A DNA stretch of 64,000 nucleotides from Octopus vulgaris (Eukaryota), in contig OX597822.1 in the NCBI GenBank assembly GCA_951406725.2, positions 77,562,001 through 77,626,000 on the forward strand. The letters run 5' to 3'. The notes beneath the pieces were generated by a model that worked only from the letters and a program-made list of their open reading frames with translations, was not told where the DNA came from and ran no database searches. The position numbers were made by a program, and so were the translations under genes. Each line of letters opens with the position of its first letter. Position 1 is the stretch's first letter. Shown here piece after piece: positions 41,234-50,600 of this stretch.

Positions 41234-42034
41234 ATGAAGCGAATGAAGGCAGATAGCCCTTATTTAATCCCCTATTATCGATCTAAAAGTAAATATAACA
41301 CCTTCAAAAGTAATTACGCTATGAATACTAGTAAAAATATTTGGTTAATAATTCCTTACGGGAGACAAATTAAATCTAATCTCCCACTGCTGTTTCGTCA
41401 AGCTATTGCTAGGAATTTTCCAAACAATTCTAGATATTACTCTATTATCAATTCACATAAGGTTAGAATAGGTTTTTCAAACACAAAAAATCTCTTGCAA
41501 ATTATCTCTTCTCATAATAACAAACTGTTAAATATTAATACATTTACTAATACTAACATTAATTTAGCTAATACCATCCAACCCTCTAGAAATATTAATA
41601 ACAAGGTTATTGTATCTGAAGTCAATTCCAATAGAATTAAGTTTATGTCAAGTAACTCTAAGATTAAAAATTCTATATACCAGTGTATAATCAGTACTCG
41701 TAATAAAGTACAATTTTACATTGGAAGCACATCGTTAGAGTTATCTAAAAGAATTTCTATCCATTACTCAACATTTAGGGATAGAAATAAATGGAATAGT
41801 ACTGGTCTCAGCAAACTGATTTGGGATTTAAAAGACCACAATGAACAATTTCATTTAGAATGGTTGATTCTCTCAATTTCGATACCATATGACAAAGGCA
41901 AGAAATTCTGTCTTCTCTGCAATTCTGAGCTATTTTTCATTATTTTTTCTAAAAAGACTCTAGTAAATACGGTTATAGAGCGAGCATACAGATGTAAACA
42001 TTGGCAAAAACATACATTTAGAGCATATAAGTAG
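41234..42034 (+). CDS. C-terminal part of a PLE polyprotein (post-RT linker plus GIY-YIG endonuclease), 5'-truncated
   Basis: Motifs SIYQC..FYIGST, KRISIH, STGLSKLIW, CLLCNSE and LVN..RCKH. The upstream segment IPY..NFP..IINSHKVRIGFS..NLLQIISSHN resembles Naiad-type PLEs. The ATG is created at the inversion junction. Confidence 0.85.
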   Translation: MKRMKADSPYLIPYYRSKSKYNTFKSNYAMNTSKNIWLIIPYGRQIKSNLPLLFRQAIARNFPNNSRYYSIINSHKVRIGFSNTKNLLQIISSHNNKLLNINTFTNTNINLANTIQPSRNINNKVIVSEVNSNRIKFMSSNSKIKNSIYQCIISTRNKVQFYIGSTSLELSKRISIHYSTFRDRNKWNSTGLSKLIWDLKDHNEQFHLEWLILSISIPYDKGKKFCLLCNSELFFIIFSKKTLVNTVIERAYRCKHWQKHTFRAYK

Positions 42035-42235
42035 TCTCTATCATTATATATAATTGAAACTTTAATTTCCTTTATATTTAACATTCACTATTAATATCCC
42101 TACTCTTTCTGTTAGCTACTTATGACGTTATATCATATAACGTTTTTTTAAACAATATTAATAGTGTTCTGTCAATCGCTATACAAATCCATTATTTTTT
42201 GCTAAAATGTCTTATTGACGAGTTTCGTTTTTTTC

Positions 42236-42322
42236 ACTTTCCCGAGGAGAAGATAGCATTGTTTATACCATTTATTCTTTTGAATAAGTATCAGTGGAAT
42301 TTTCGAAACATGTGTCGAAAGT
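42236..42322 (+). ncRNA. Type I hammerhead ribozyme in the PLE 3' pLTR
   Basis: ACUUUC-CCGAGGA-GAAGAU...AUUUUC-GAAAC AUGU GUC/GAAAGU. Stem I is 6 bp, stem II is 6 bp, and stem III ACAUGUGU is self-complementary with G-U pairs. Confidence 0.8.
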
Positions 42323-42516
42323 AAAAATATTTGAAAACACCTGCGTTAAACTTATTTTATTTATTCATATATTATTCAAAATATTCAACGTAAACACGAA
42401 GTTTCTACCTTTATAAACAAGGAGTTACAACATCTTTACTTGTGAGATTTTTGCTGCCCTGGTAACTATTTATTTATTTTTTCCGTGTTAATTGTTAACA
42501 AGGTAAAAATACACTC

Positions 42517-42561
<45 letters not shown>

Positions 42562-42762
42562 CATCATCATCATCATAATATATATATATATTATCTGTAA
42601 GTTGATGATTGTAAGGAATCTATTCCTCCATTTTCTTATTTTGTATATGATTTATATATATATAACGGGAAGCTTTATGAAAATAAACAAAAGACGAAGG
42701 CAGGTGGAAAACAAACGAACAATTGTATTAGTATGGCGCTCAGGAAATATAAATAAAACAAG

Positions 42763-42800
42763 TCTTTAACGTTTCGAGCCTACGCTCTTCAACAGAAAGA
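42763..42800 (-). ncRNA. Variant minimal hammerhead (CUGUUGA core) at the Neptune-like PLE 3' end
   Basis: UCUUU-CUGUUGA-A-GAGC guag GCUC-GAAAC GU U/AAAGA. Stem III has no loop and is the palindrome ACGU. Confidence 0.7.
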
Positions 42801-43564
42801 TACACAGAGAGAGAAAAACACAGAAAGAAGGAGAGAAAAAAATGCGTGCAGTAGCTAACGAATCAACATGGCGATCTGATTTCGGCCAGAGGTCAAAGAT
42901 CAAACATGAGACGCGAGAGCGAAATAAGGGGAGATAATAGGGTTGATAAAAGGGTTGAGGGACCAGCTAAAAGTGCGTGGGAGGGGTCTGGATGTGTGTA
43001 TGTATAGGGTTGGTGTATGTATTAGTATGTATAAGGGTGTGTGTGTGTGTATGAGAGAGTATTAGTGCGTAAGATTGGTCTGGACGTGCGTATGTATGGG
43101 GTTGGTGTATGTATTAGTATGTATTAGTATGTATTAGTACGTATTGGTATGTATAGGTGTGTGTGTGTGTGTGTGAGAGAGTATAAGTGCGTATGCGGGG
43201 TCTGGACGTGTGTATGTATAGGGTTGGTGTAAGTATTAGTATGTACTAGTATGTATTAGTACGTATTAGTATGTATTAGTTGGTGTGTGTATTAGTATGG
43301 CACATCATATGTGATGTGATGTGTAAAGTCATGTGGTGTAGTGAGGAGAAGAGGGGGAGGGGGAGAAGAGGGGGGAGAGAAGGGGAGGGGGAGGAGAAGG
43401 GGGAGAAGGAAGGGGATGAGGGGGATGAAGGAGGAAAGAGGGAGAGGGGGAGAGAGAGAGGGAGTGAGGGAGCAGAGGGAAGGGGAAGAGGGAGGGAAAA
43501 AGAGGGAAGAAGGGAAGGGGAGTAGGGGTCGGGGGGAGAAAGGATGGGTGAGGAGGGGGTGAGG

Positions 43565-44246
43565 TTAGATGAGGAGGGGGGGAGAGTTGAGACCAAATGG
43601 CGTATAAGAGCGAAGAGAGAAGATTAATTCCTGTTCACGGCGCAAACGGGAATCCGGATGGCCTCTGTGTAAGGACAAACCGAACACAGATAGGTGTTGC
43701 AAGGAGTGACCGGTGGAGCGGAAATGGCGTGAGACCGGTGTGTCGTTCGCAAGGTGGATGTCACGAAGGTGTTCCGCGAACCGGTCAGCCAAGCGGCGTC
43801 CCGTTTGTCCGATGTACAAGGAATTGCAGAGAGAGCAAGAGATGCAATAGATAATATTGCTGGAGGTGCAGGTGAAGGAGTGGATGATGGGATAGGGTCG
43901 ATGGTGGGTGCTAGTGAGGCGGGTGGTGTTGGAGAGGTAAGGGCAAGTGCGGCAACGTGGGCGGGAGCAGGGGAACGAGCCGGGTTGGGAGGTAGGGTCA
44001 GGGAAGGAGCTATGGACCAAAAGGTCTCGAAGGTTGTGGGCTCGTTTGAAAGAGGGGAGGGGTCGGTTAGGGAAGAGGTGTGAAGTGGACGGGTCGGACT
44101 GGAGATGACGGAAAGCTCGAAGAATGGTGCGTTGGAGACGTAGGGTCGTGGGGTGGTAAGTGAGGGGAAAAGGGAGGCGGGAGACTACAGGGCGGGTTCG
44201 GGGAGAGAGAGCAGATACACGGTCCACGGACCGTGCTCTGGCAAGA
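43565..44246 (-). CDS. C-terminal part of a Neptune-type PLE polyprotein (Cys-rich linker plus GIY-YIG endonuclease)
   Basis: Motifs PLTYHP, FKRAHNLRDLLVHS, CSRPRCRTC, FTCTSSNIIYCISCSLC, LYIGQTGRRLADRFAEH, REQELIF and PFGLN. The N-terminal MYVYIY of the listed ORF is microsatellite. Confidence 0.9.
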
Positions 44247-44739
44247 TATATATATATATATACATACATACATATATATATATTTCTCCTTCACGTTACC
44301 CACTTTTATCTTGTCTTGCAGCCCCAAGGCTTTTTATTTTTTGTTGTATATGTATTATTATTATCAGTATTAATTGATGTCTTTGCCTGGTCCTAAGCCT
44401 TTATTCTGTTATTGTTTTGCCCCTTGTTCATCCACTAATAGTCTCATCTTGAGCCTGCCTCATTTTCATATGTTTTGGTCCCATTCCCAGCAAGCTTCTT
44501 GCCAATGTCTCCAGAGTGGAATCAATATTATCGACAATGGCCAAAATTGTTTGACCCTTTGACCAATAACTCATGAAGAGTTGGTGGTCTTCTGTGTTTT
44601 CTGTTTGTCTGCGTATTTAGTATATGCTCGTTTGTTTATTTACTACATGCTTTTTTAAATTATATATACATAGGTATCTCATATTTTCCATTTGTTTTCT
44701 TTTTTTATTTAATCCTGAAAAAAAAAAATATATATATAA

Positions 44740-45146
44740 GTGCAGGAGTGACTGTGTGGTAAGAAGGTTGCTTCCCAACCATGTGGTTCCAGGTTCAGTC
44801 CCACTGCATAGCATCTTGGGCAAGAGTTGTCTACTATAGCCTCAGGTGAACCAAAGCCTTGTGAGTCGGTTTTGTAGACAGAAACCGAAAGAAGCCCATC
44901 ATATATATATGTATATATGTATTTGTCTTTGAGTCTGTGTTTGCACTCCCCCCCCACACACACAATTGCTTGACAATTGATGTTGGTGTGTTTACGTCCT
45001 TGTAACCTAGTGGTTCAGCAGGACAGACCAACAGAATAAATACCAGGCTTACAAACAATAAGTCCAGAGGTCAATTTCCTTGACTGAAAGGCAGTGCTCC
45101 ACCATGGCCCCAGTCAAATGACTGAAACAAGTAAAAGAGTAAAAGA

Positions 45147-45148
<2 letters not shown>
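44740..45148 (+). mobile_element. SINE family A
   Basis: Homologous to 1602-2015. Its downstream (TA)n hosts the 359-bp array. Confidence 0.75.
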
Positions 45149-45187
<39 letters not shown>

Positions 45188-45355
45188 CATAAGGGACTAA
45201 AGCCATCTGAATATGGCTAGGGACAGGGCAGGGTGGTGGGGGTGTTACTGTTGCATTTAGCCCCAGGCGAACATCGACGTCACCAGAAAGGCTCGACACC
45301 GTCACGGTGCCCTAAACCTGCAAAGGGAGGTAATTCCCCGATGAAGCGGAAACCA

Positions 45356-45401
45356 CACACGGACCATGGTTTCAAGGTGTATTGCCTATCATCGGCGTGT
45401 G
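45356..45401 (-). ncRNA. Minimal type I hammerhead ribozyme, unit 1
   Basis: Minus strand reads CACACG-CCGAUGA-U AGG caauaca CCU U-GAAAC CAUG GUC/CGUGUG. Stem I is 6 bp, the core is the U4C variant, stem III is the palindrome ACCAUGGU, and the GUC site predicts a cut between 45362 and 45361. Confidence 0.85.
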
Positions 45402-45714
45402 GTAGGCCTCCGCTTCCTCGACGAATTCTCACTATGCAGGATTTCTTATATAGATTTTCAAGCAAAATACATTTGCTGATTTCGAAAATCTGTTCGAAAG
45501 CAATAATAATTCTCTAAAAGGGATATAGACAGTAACTGCTCGATAACATAAGGGACTAAAGCCATCTGAATATGGCTAGGGACAGGGCAGGGTGGTGGGG
45601 GTGTTACTGTTGCATTTAGCCCCAGGCGAACATCGACGTCACCAGAAAGGCTCGACACCATCACGGTGCCCTAAACCTGCAAAGGGAGGTAATTCCCCGA
45701 TGAAGCGGAAACCA

Positions 45715-45760
45715 CACACGGACCATGGTTTCAAGGTGTATTGCCTATCATCGGCGTGTG
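45715..45760 (-). ncRNA. Minimal type I hammerhead ribozyme, unit 2
   Basis: Same motif as 45356-45401, shifted by 359 bp. Confidence 0.85.
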
Positions 45761-46073
45761 GTAGGCCTCCGCTTCCTCGACGAATTCTCACTATGCAGGA
45801 TTTCTTATATAGATTTTCAAGCAAAATACATTTGCTGATTTCGAAAATCTGTTCGAAAGCAATAATAATTCTCTAAAAGGGATATAGACAGTAACTGCTC
45901 GATAACATAAGGGACTAAAGCCATCTGAATATGGCTAGGGACAGGGCAGGGTGGTGGGGGTGTTACTGTTGCATTTAGCCCCAGGCGAACATCGACGTCA
46001 CCAGAAAGGCTCGACACCATCACGGTGCCCTAAACCTGCAAAGGGAGGTAATTCCCCGATGAAGCGGAAACCA

Positions 46074-46119
46074 CACACGGACCATGGTTTCAAGGTGTAT
46101 TGCCTATCATCGGCGTGTG
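46074..46119 (-). ncRNA. Minimal type I hammerhead ribozyme, unit 3
   Basis: Same motif, shifted by 718 bp. Confidence 0.85.
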
Positions 46120-46432
46120 GTAGGCCTCCGCTTCCTCGACGAATTCTCACTATGCAGGATTTCTTATATAGATTTTCAAGCAAAATACATTTGCTGATTT
46201 CGAAAATCTGTTCGAAAGCAATAATAATTCTCTAAAAGGGATATAGACAGTAACTGCTCGATAACATAAGGGACTAAAGCCATCTGAATATGGCTAGGGA
46301 CAGGGCAGGGTGGTGGGGGTGTTACTGTTGCATTTAGCCCCAGGCGAACATCGACGTCACCAGAAAGGCTCGACACCATCACGGTGCCCTAAACCTGCAA
46401 AGGGAGGTAATTCCCCGATGAAGCGGAAACCA

Positions 46433-46478
46433 CACACGGACCATGGTTTCAAGGTGTATTGCCTATCATCGGCGTGTG
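46433..46478 (-). ncRNA. Minimal type I hammerhead ribozyme, unit 4
   Basis: Same motif, shifted by 1077 bp. Confidence 0.85.
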
Positions 46479-46791
46479 GTAGGCCTCCGCTTCCTCGACG
46501 AATTCTCACTATGCAGGATTTCTTATATAGATTTTCAAGCAAAATACATTTGCTGATTTCGAAAATCTGTTCGAAAGCAATAATAATTCTCTAAAAGGGA
46601 TATAGACAGTAACTGCTCGATAACATAAGGGACTAAAGCCATCTGAATATGGCTAGGGACAGGGCAGGGTGGTGGGGGTGTTACTGTTGCATTTAGCCCC
46701 AGGCGAACATCGACGTCACCAGAAAGGCTCGACACCGTCACGGTGCCCTAAACCTGCAAAGGGAGGTAATTCCCCGATGAAGCGGAAACCA

Positions 46792-46837
46792 CACACGGAC
46801 CATGGTTTCAAGGTGTATTGCCTATCATCGGCGTGTG
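46792..46837 (-). ncRNA. Minimal type I hammerhead ribozyme, unit 5
   Basis: Same motif, shifted by 1436 bp. Confidence 0.85.
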
Positions 46838-47088
46838 GTAGGCCCCCGCTTCCTCGACGAATTCTCACTATGCAGGATTTCTTATATAGATTTTCAAGCA
46901 AAATATACCTCCCTTTGCAGGTTTAGGGCACCGTGACGGTGTCGAGCCTTTCTGGTGACGTCGATGTTCGCCTGGGGCTAAATGCAACAGTAACACCCCC
47001 ACCACCCTGCCCTGTCCCTAGCCATATTCAGATGGCTTTAGTCCCTTATGTTATCGAGCAGTTACTGTCTATATCCCTTTTAGAGAAT

Positions 47089-47144
<56 letters not shown>

Positions 47145-47230
47145 ATTAATTCCTCCCATGCTAGCATGGAAGACAGATATTAAATGATGAGGATGATGAT
47201 GATGACAAAGGACTAAGATGCCTGATGCCT

Positions 47231-47470
47231 AAGGCGGCAAGCTGGCAAAAATGTTAGCATGCTGGGTGAAATGCTTAGTGGTATTTCATCTGCTGCTACG
47301 TTCTGAGTTCAAATTCTGCCGAGGTCAACTTTGCCTTTCATCCTTTCAGGGTTGATTAAATAAGTACCAGTTACACACTGGGGTCGATGTAATCGACTTA
47401 ATCCATTTGTCTGTCCTTGTTTGTTCTCTCTGTGTTTAGCCTCCTGTGGGTAGTAAAGAAATAGGTATTT
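47231..47470 (+). mobile_element. tRNA-derived SINE, family C
   Basis: AAGGCGGCAAGCTGGCA..GAGTTCAAATTC (B box)..GCCTTTCATCCTTTC..AAGTACCAG. Other copies lie at about 14470-14685(-), 16598-16822(+), 22515-22745(-), 22910-23112(-), 53625-53823(-) and 63570-63740(+). Confidence 0.75.
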
Positions 47471-48211
47471 CATCTGAAAGAAGCCCATTGTATATGCATG
47501 TATGTGTGTGTGTGCATGTATATGTATGTATTTGTGTGTCCCCTCCATCATCACTTAACAGCCTGTTGGTGTGTTTACGTCCCCGTAACTTAGTGGTTCA
47601 GCAAAAGAGACCAATAGAATAAGTACTAGGCTTACTGAGAATAGGTCCTGAGGTTGATTTGTTTGACTGAAGTCAGTGCTCCAGCATGGCCGCAGTCAAA
47701 TGACTGAAACAAGTAAAAGAATAAAAGAAGATAGACAGACAGACAGATAGATCAATGATATAGTTACTATGTATGTAATGTCCAATCCATGCCAGCATAG
47801 ACAACAGACATTAAATAATGATGATGATGATGATCTATATATATATATATATATATTACACATGTTTATATACATGTGTGAATGTGCACAGCTTAGTGGT
47901 TAGGGTATTCAGCTCACGATTATAAGGTCATGAGTTTGATTCTAGCAGCATGTTGTGTTCTTGAGCAAGACTCTTTATTTCGCATTGCTCCTGTCCACTC
48001 AGCTGCCCAAAATGAGTAATACCTGTAATTCAAAAGGGCCAACCTTATCACACTCTGAATCTCCCTGAGATCTACATTAAAGGTGCATGTGTCTGTGGAG
48101 TACTCAGCTACTTGCAGGGGCTGTTCTGTTGTTCAGATCAACTGGAACCCTTGTCATCATAACTGATAAAGTGCCATATATGTGTGTGTATCATCATCAT
48201 CATAATCCATC

Positions 48212-48242
<31 letters not shown>

Positions 48243-48250
48243 CACACATG

Positions 48251-48289
<39 letters not shown>

Positions 48290-49400
48290 TTTGTCACACT
48301 CTGAATCTCCCTGTATATATATATATACACACACACACATGTATGTATATATATATGTGTGTGTGTGTGTATGCATGTGTGGATCAGTTAAAGAGTCACT
48401 CAAGTCATGTAAGTAGAATAAAACATTAATGCTTGCAAGAAATTCCTCAAAATCTGTGTCAAACTTTGCCAAGTAAAAATAGCACGTGCAGATACACACA
48501 CACATACACACGCTTACACATACACACACACTCAAACACCCACAGACAAACTGGCACACTCAAACACACACAAGCATACACACATTTGTGTGTGTGTGTG
48601 TAGTTTGTTAAATTGTTCTCCTTGATATGTTTCTATCTCTCTCTCCCTCTCTCTCTTTCTCTCTTTCTCCTCACTGTGAGGCTTCACTTATTCAGGATGC
48701 ACCCACACAAACCTTCCCCCCCTCTCCCCCATCTACACTGGAAATCTTTCTTTTCTTCTGCTTCCTTCCTCTGATAAGAAGTCTCTGCCACCCACACTCT
48801 CTGTCTCTCTGTATCTTTCTGTTAGGCACATGACTTCTGTACCAGATACATCTACCCCTCCCCTTCTTGCTACACCAGGGTACTGCCACCACCAACATCA
48901 CCACCAACACCACCAGCAACAACAACATCACAGCAGTAATAATAGGCTAAGAGTGTGATAAAGGCTAAGAGACGGGTATGGAAAACCTGGAAGGAAGGTG
49001 TTAATAAGGAGCATTATTAAATGGTTAGAAGAACAACGAGGTGACAGGTATACTTGGCTAAGATGGAAGCAGAATGGAAGAAGTTTGCACGTGTTCCATA
49101 ATCTAAAGATTAGAGGACTGAAGTGTTCAGGGTTGTGAGACAATGTGTGAGAGAGAGAGCATAATCACAATGGTTAACCATTTCGTGTCCATACTATTCT
49201 GACAAATGCAGGGCTTATTTTTTTCTCGTTGTTTATAATTGATCCTGCATTATCTCCCTGCTTTGAGATTTCAATGATGTGACTATTTTTAGAATGGCAT
49301 TGTAAAGTAGGTGTTAGAGGCTGGATCTGGGCAGTTTAAATCTAAAACAGGTAGAATATTTTAGCTGGATATGGCTGATTTAAATGTTAAAGGGTTAGAG

Positions 49401-50012
49401 CAGTGGTTCCCAAACTTTTTCAGTCTGGTGCCCCCTTGTTTCTACGGCCACATTCCTAGTGACTCCTACCACCACTCACCATCATATTGTTTGTTCCTTC
49501 TCAAGCCATGCCTGGCTCATAGGGCCAGTTTCCCAGATTCCTTGTGTATAGGTTCCTCACCTGGACAGGACGCCAGTCCATCGCAGGTGAGCTGCAAGAT
49601 GCAGGAGGAAAGAGTGAGAGAAAGTTGTGGAGAAAGAATCAGCAGAAGTTCGCCATTACCTTCTGCCAGAGCCACATGGAGCTTAGGTGTTTCGCTCATA
49701 AACACAGACATCGCCCAGTCTGAGATTTGAACCCATGATCCCTCGACCACAAGTTCGCTGCTCTAACCACTTGGCCATGTGCTTCCACCACCATCATATA
49801 CATAGACCATTTTCTGCAGCAAATTCAAAACAACAATATTTCACAAATAAAATTTATCCTAATTACCCCTTTGTTTTGTTTGTTTGTTTTTTACATCCAT
49901 TGTCCCATTTTGGTCACCCCATTATCGCCCCATTTTTCTTCAATGTCCCCCTGAATCTTTACACCACCACCACCACTAGGGGGCATGGTACTGCCCACTT
50001 TGGGAACAACAG
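49401..50012. mobile_element. hAT-like MITE with a nested tRNA-derived SINE (about 49480-49785, minus)
   Basis: CAGTGGTTCCCAAAC...TTTGGGAACAACAG termini. The nested element is homologous to 55415-55645 on the plus strand. Confidence 0.5.
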
Positions 50013-50189
50013 GGTTAAGGTATATTGGCCATTGATATGGAATGCAAAAAAGTGGTGTGGAAGTGCTATTATGAGAAACTGTTGAATGTGGGGAACACAT
50101 GGGATAAGGAAGGGCTACTTCAGGCTGATCCTACACAGGGGCCAGTATGAGGTCCCTAGCATGAGGCCCAATTCAAGTTGACAGCAGCA

Positions 50190-50600
50190 TGGTAGACAAA
50201 GCAATTAAGGACATGATGTGAAGGAAAGCTGCTCATTCATCAGGGATAGTTTGCAAAGATGTTCAAAATATCTGGAGAGGTAGGATACATGATTACTACC
50301 TGAGTAGTTAATTAGGTTTTATAGGAAGGTGTCATATCCAGTGACTGATGTAGCAGTATCATTACAAACTAATAAAGGTGGAGATGCCTTAAAGGGGGGT
50401 AACTATAAAGAAGCCAAACTACTGGTTCAGGTTATGAAAAGAGTCACAGCACAATTGGTCTGTGACTGAGTAGACAGATGCAGTTTGGTTTGTGCCTGGA
50501 AGAGGTACCAGAGATGCAATTTCTCTAATGAAGTAACTGCAGGAGAAATACCTGGCTAAGAACAAACCACTGTCCTTCGCTTTTGTCAATTTGGAAAAGA
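50190..50600 (+). pseudogene. Decayed RTE-like reverse transcriptase fragment
   Basis: Frameshifted and stop-containing translation KGGDALKGGNY..KLL..VMK and MQFG(F)VPGRGTRDAI..LQEKYLAKNKPLSFAFVNLEK. Confidence 0.7.

Larger units (their letters stand above)
40775..42522 (+). mobile_element. 5'-truncated Penelope-like element (Naiad-like) with an inverted 5' pseudo-LTR
   Basis: 40775-41235 is the reverse complement of about 41905-42370. It contains a GIY-YIG ORF and a hammerhead in each pLTR, and is flanked by (TA)n on both sides. Confidence 0.9.
42662..44246 (-). mobile_element. 5'-truncated Penelope-like element (Neptune-like) in a (TA)n microsatellite
   Basis: GIY-YIG ORF, then a long CT/CA-rich 3' UTR, then a variant hammerhead near the 3' end. 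(TA)n lies on both flanks. Confidence 0.9.
45184..47094 (-). mobile_element. Retrozyme-like non-autonomous retroelement: 4.8 tandem 359-bp units (45184-46905) plus a 189-bp inverted arm (46906-47094), inserted in a (TA)n microsatellite
   Basis: Units start at 45184, 45543, 45902, 46261 and 46620 and are near-identical. 46906-47094 is the reverse complement of part of the unit. (TA)n lies on both flanks. Each unit carries a type I hammerhead on the minus strand. There is no credible ORF. Confidence 0.85.

Noticed and set aside
43340-43585. G/A-rich tract as an independent G-quadruplex regulatory element
   Set aside because: It lies within the 3' UTR of the Neptune-like PLE and is explained as element low-complexity sequence.
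45474-45504. TTGCTGATTTCGAA..TTCGAAAGCAA as a plus-strand hammerhead
   Set aside because: CTGATTT lacks the GA of the core and there is no stem III or cleavage triplet. It is a simple hairpin.
45184-46905. CRISPR-like array, or repeated 94/61/68-aa ORFs as genes
   Set aside because: The units are fully identical with no unique spacers and there are no cas genes. The ORFs are short, start at alternative codons, lack domains, and recur only because the unit recurs.
46990-47050. Twister-like motif (TAAC..TGCC..GTCCC.AGCC)
   Set aside because: No partner strands were found for the pseudoknots or P1, so the resemblance is superficial.
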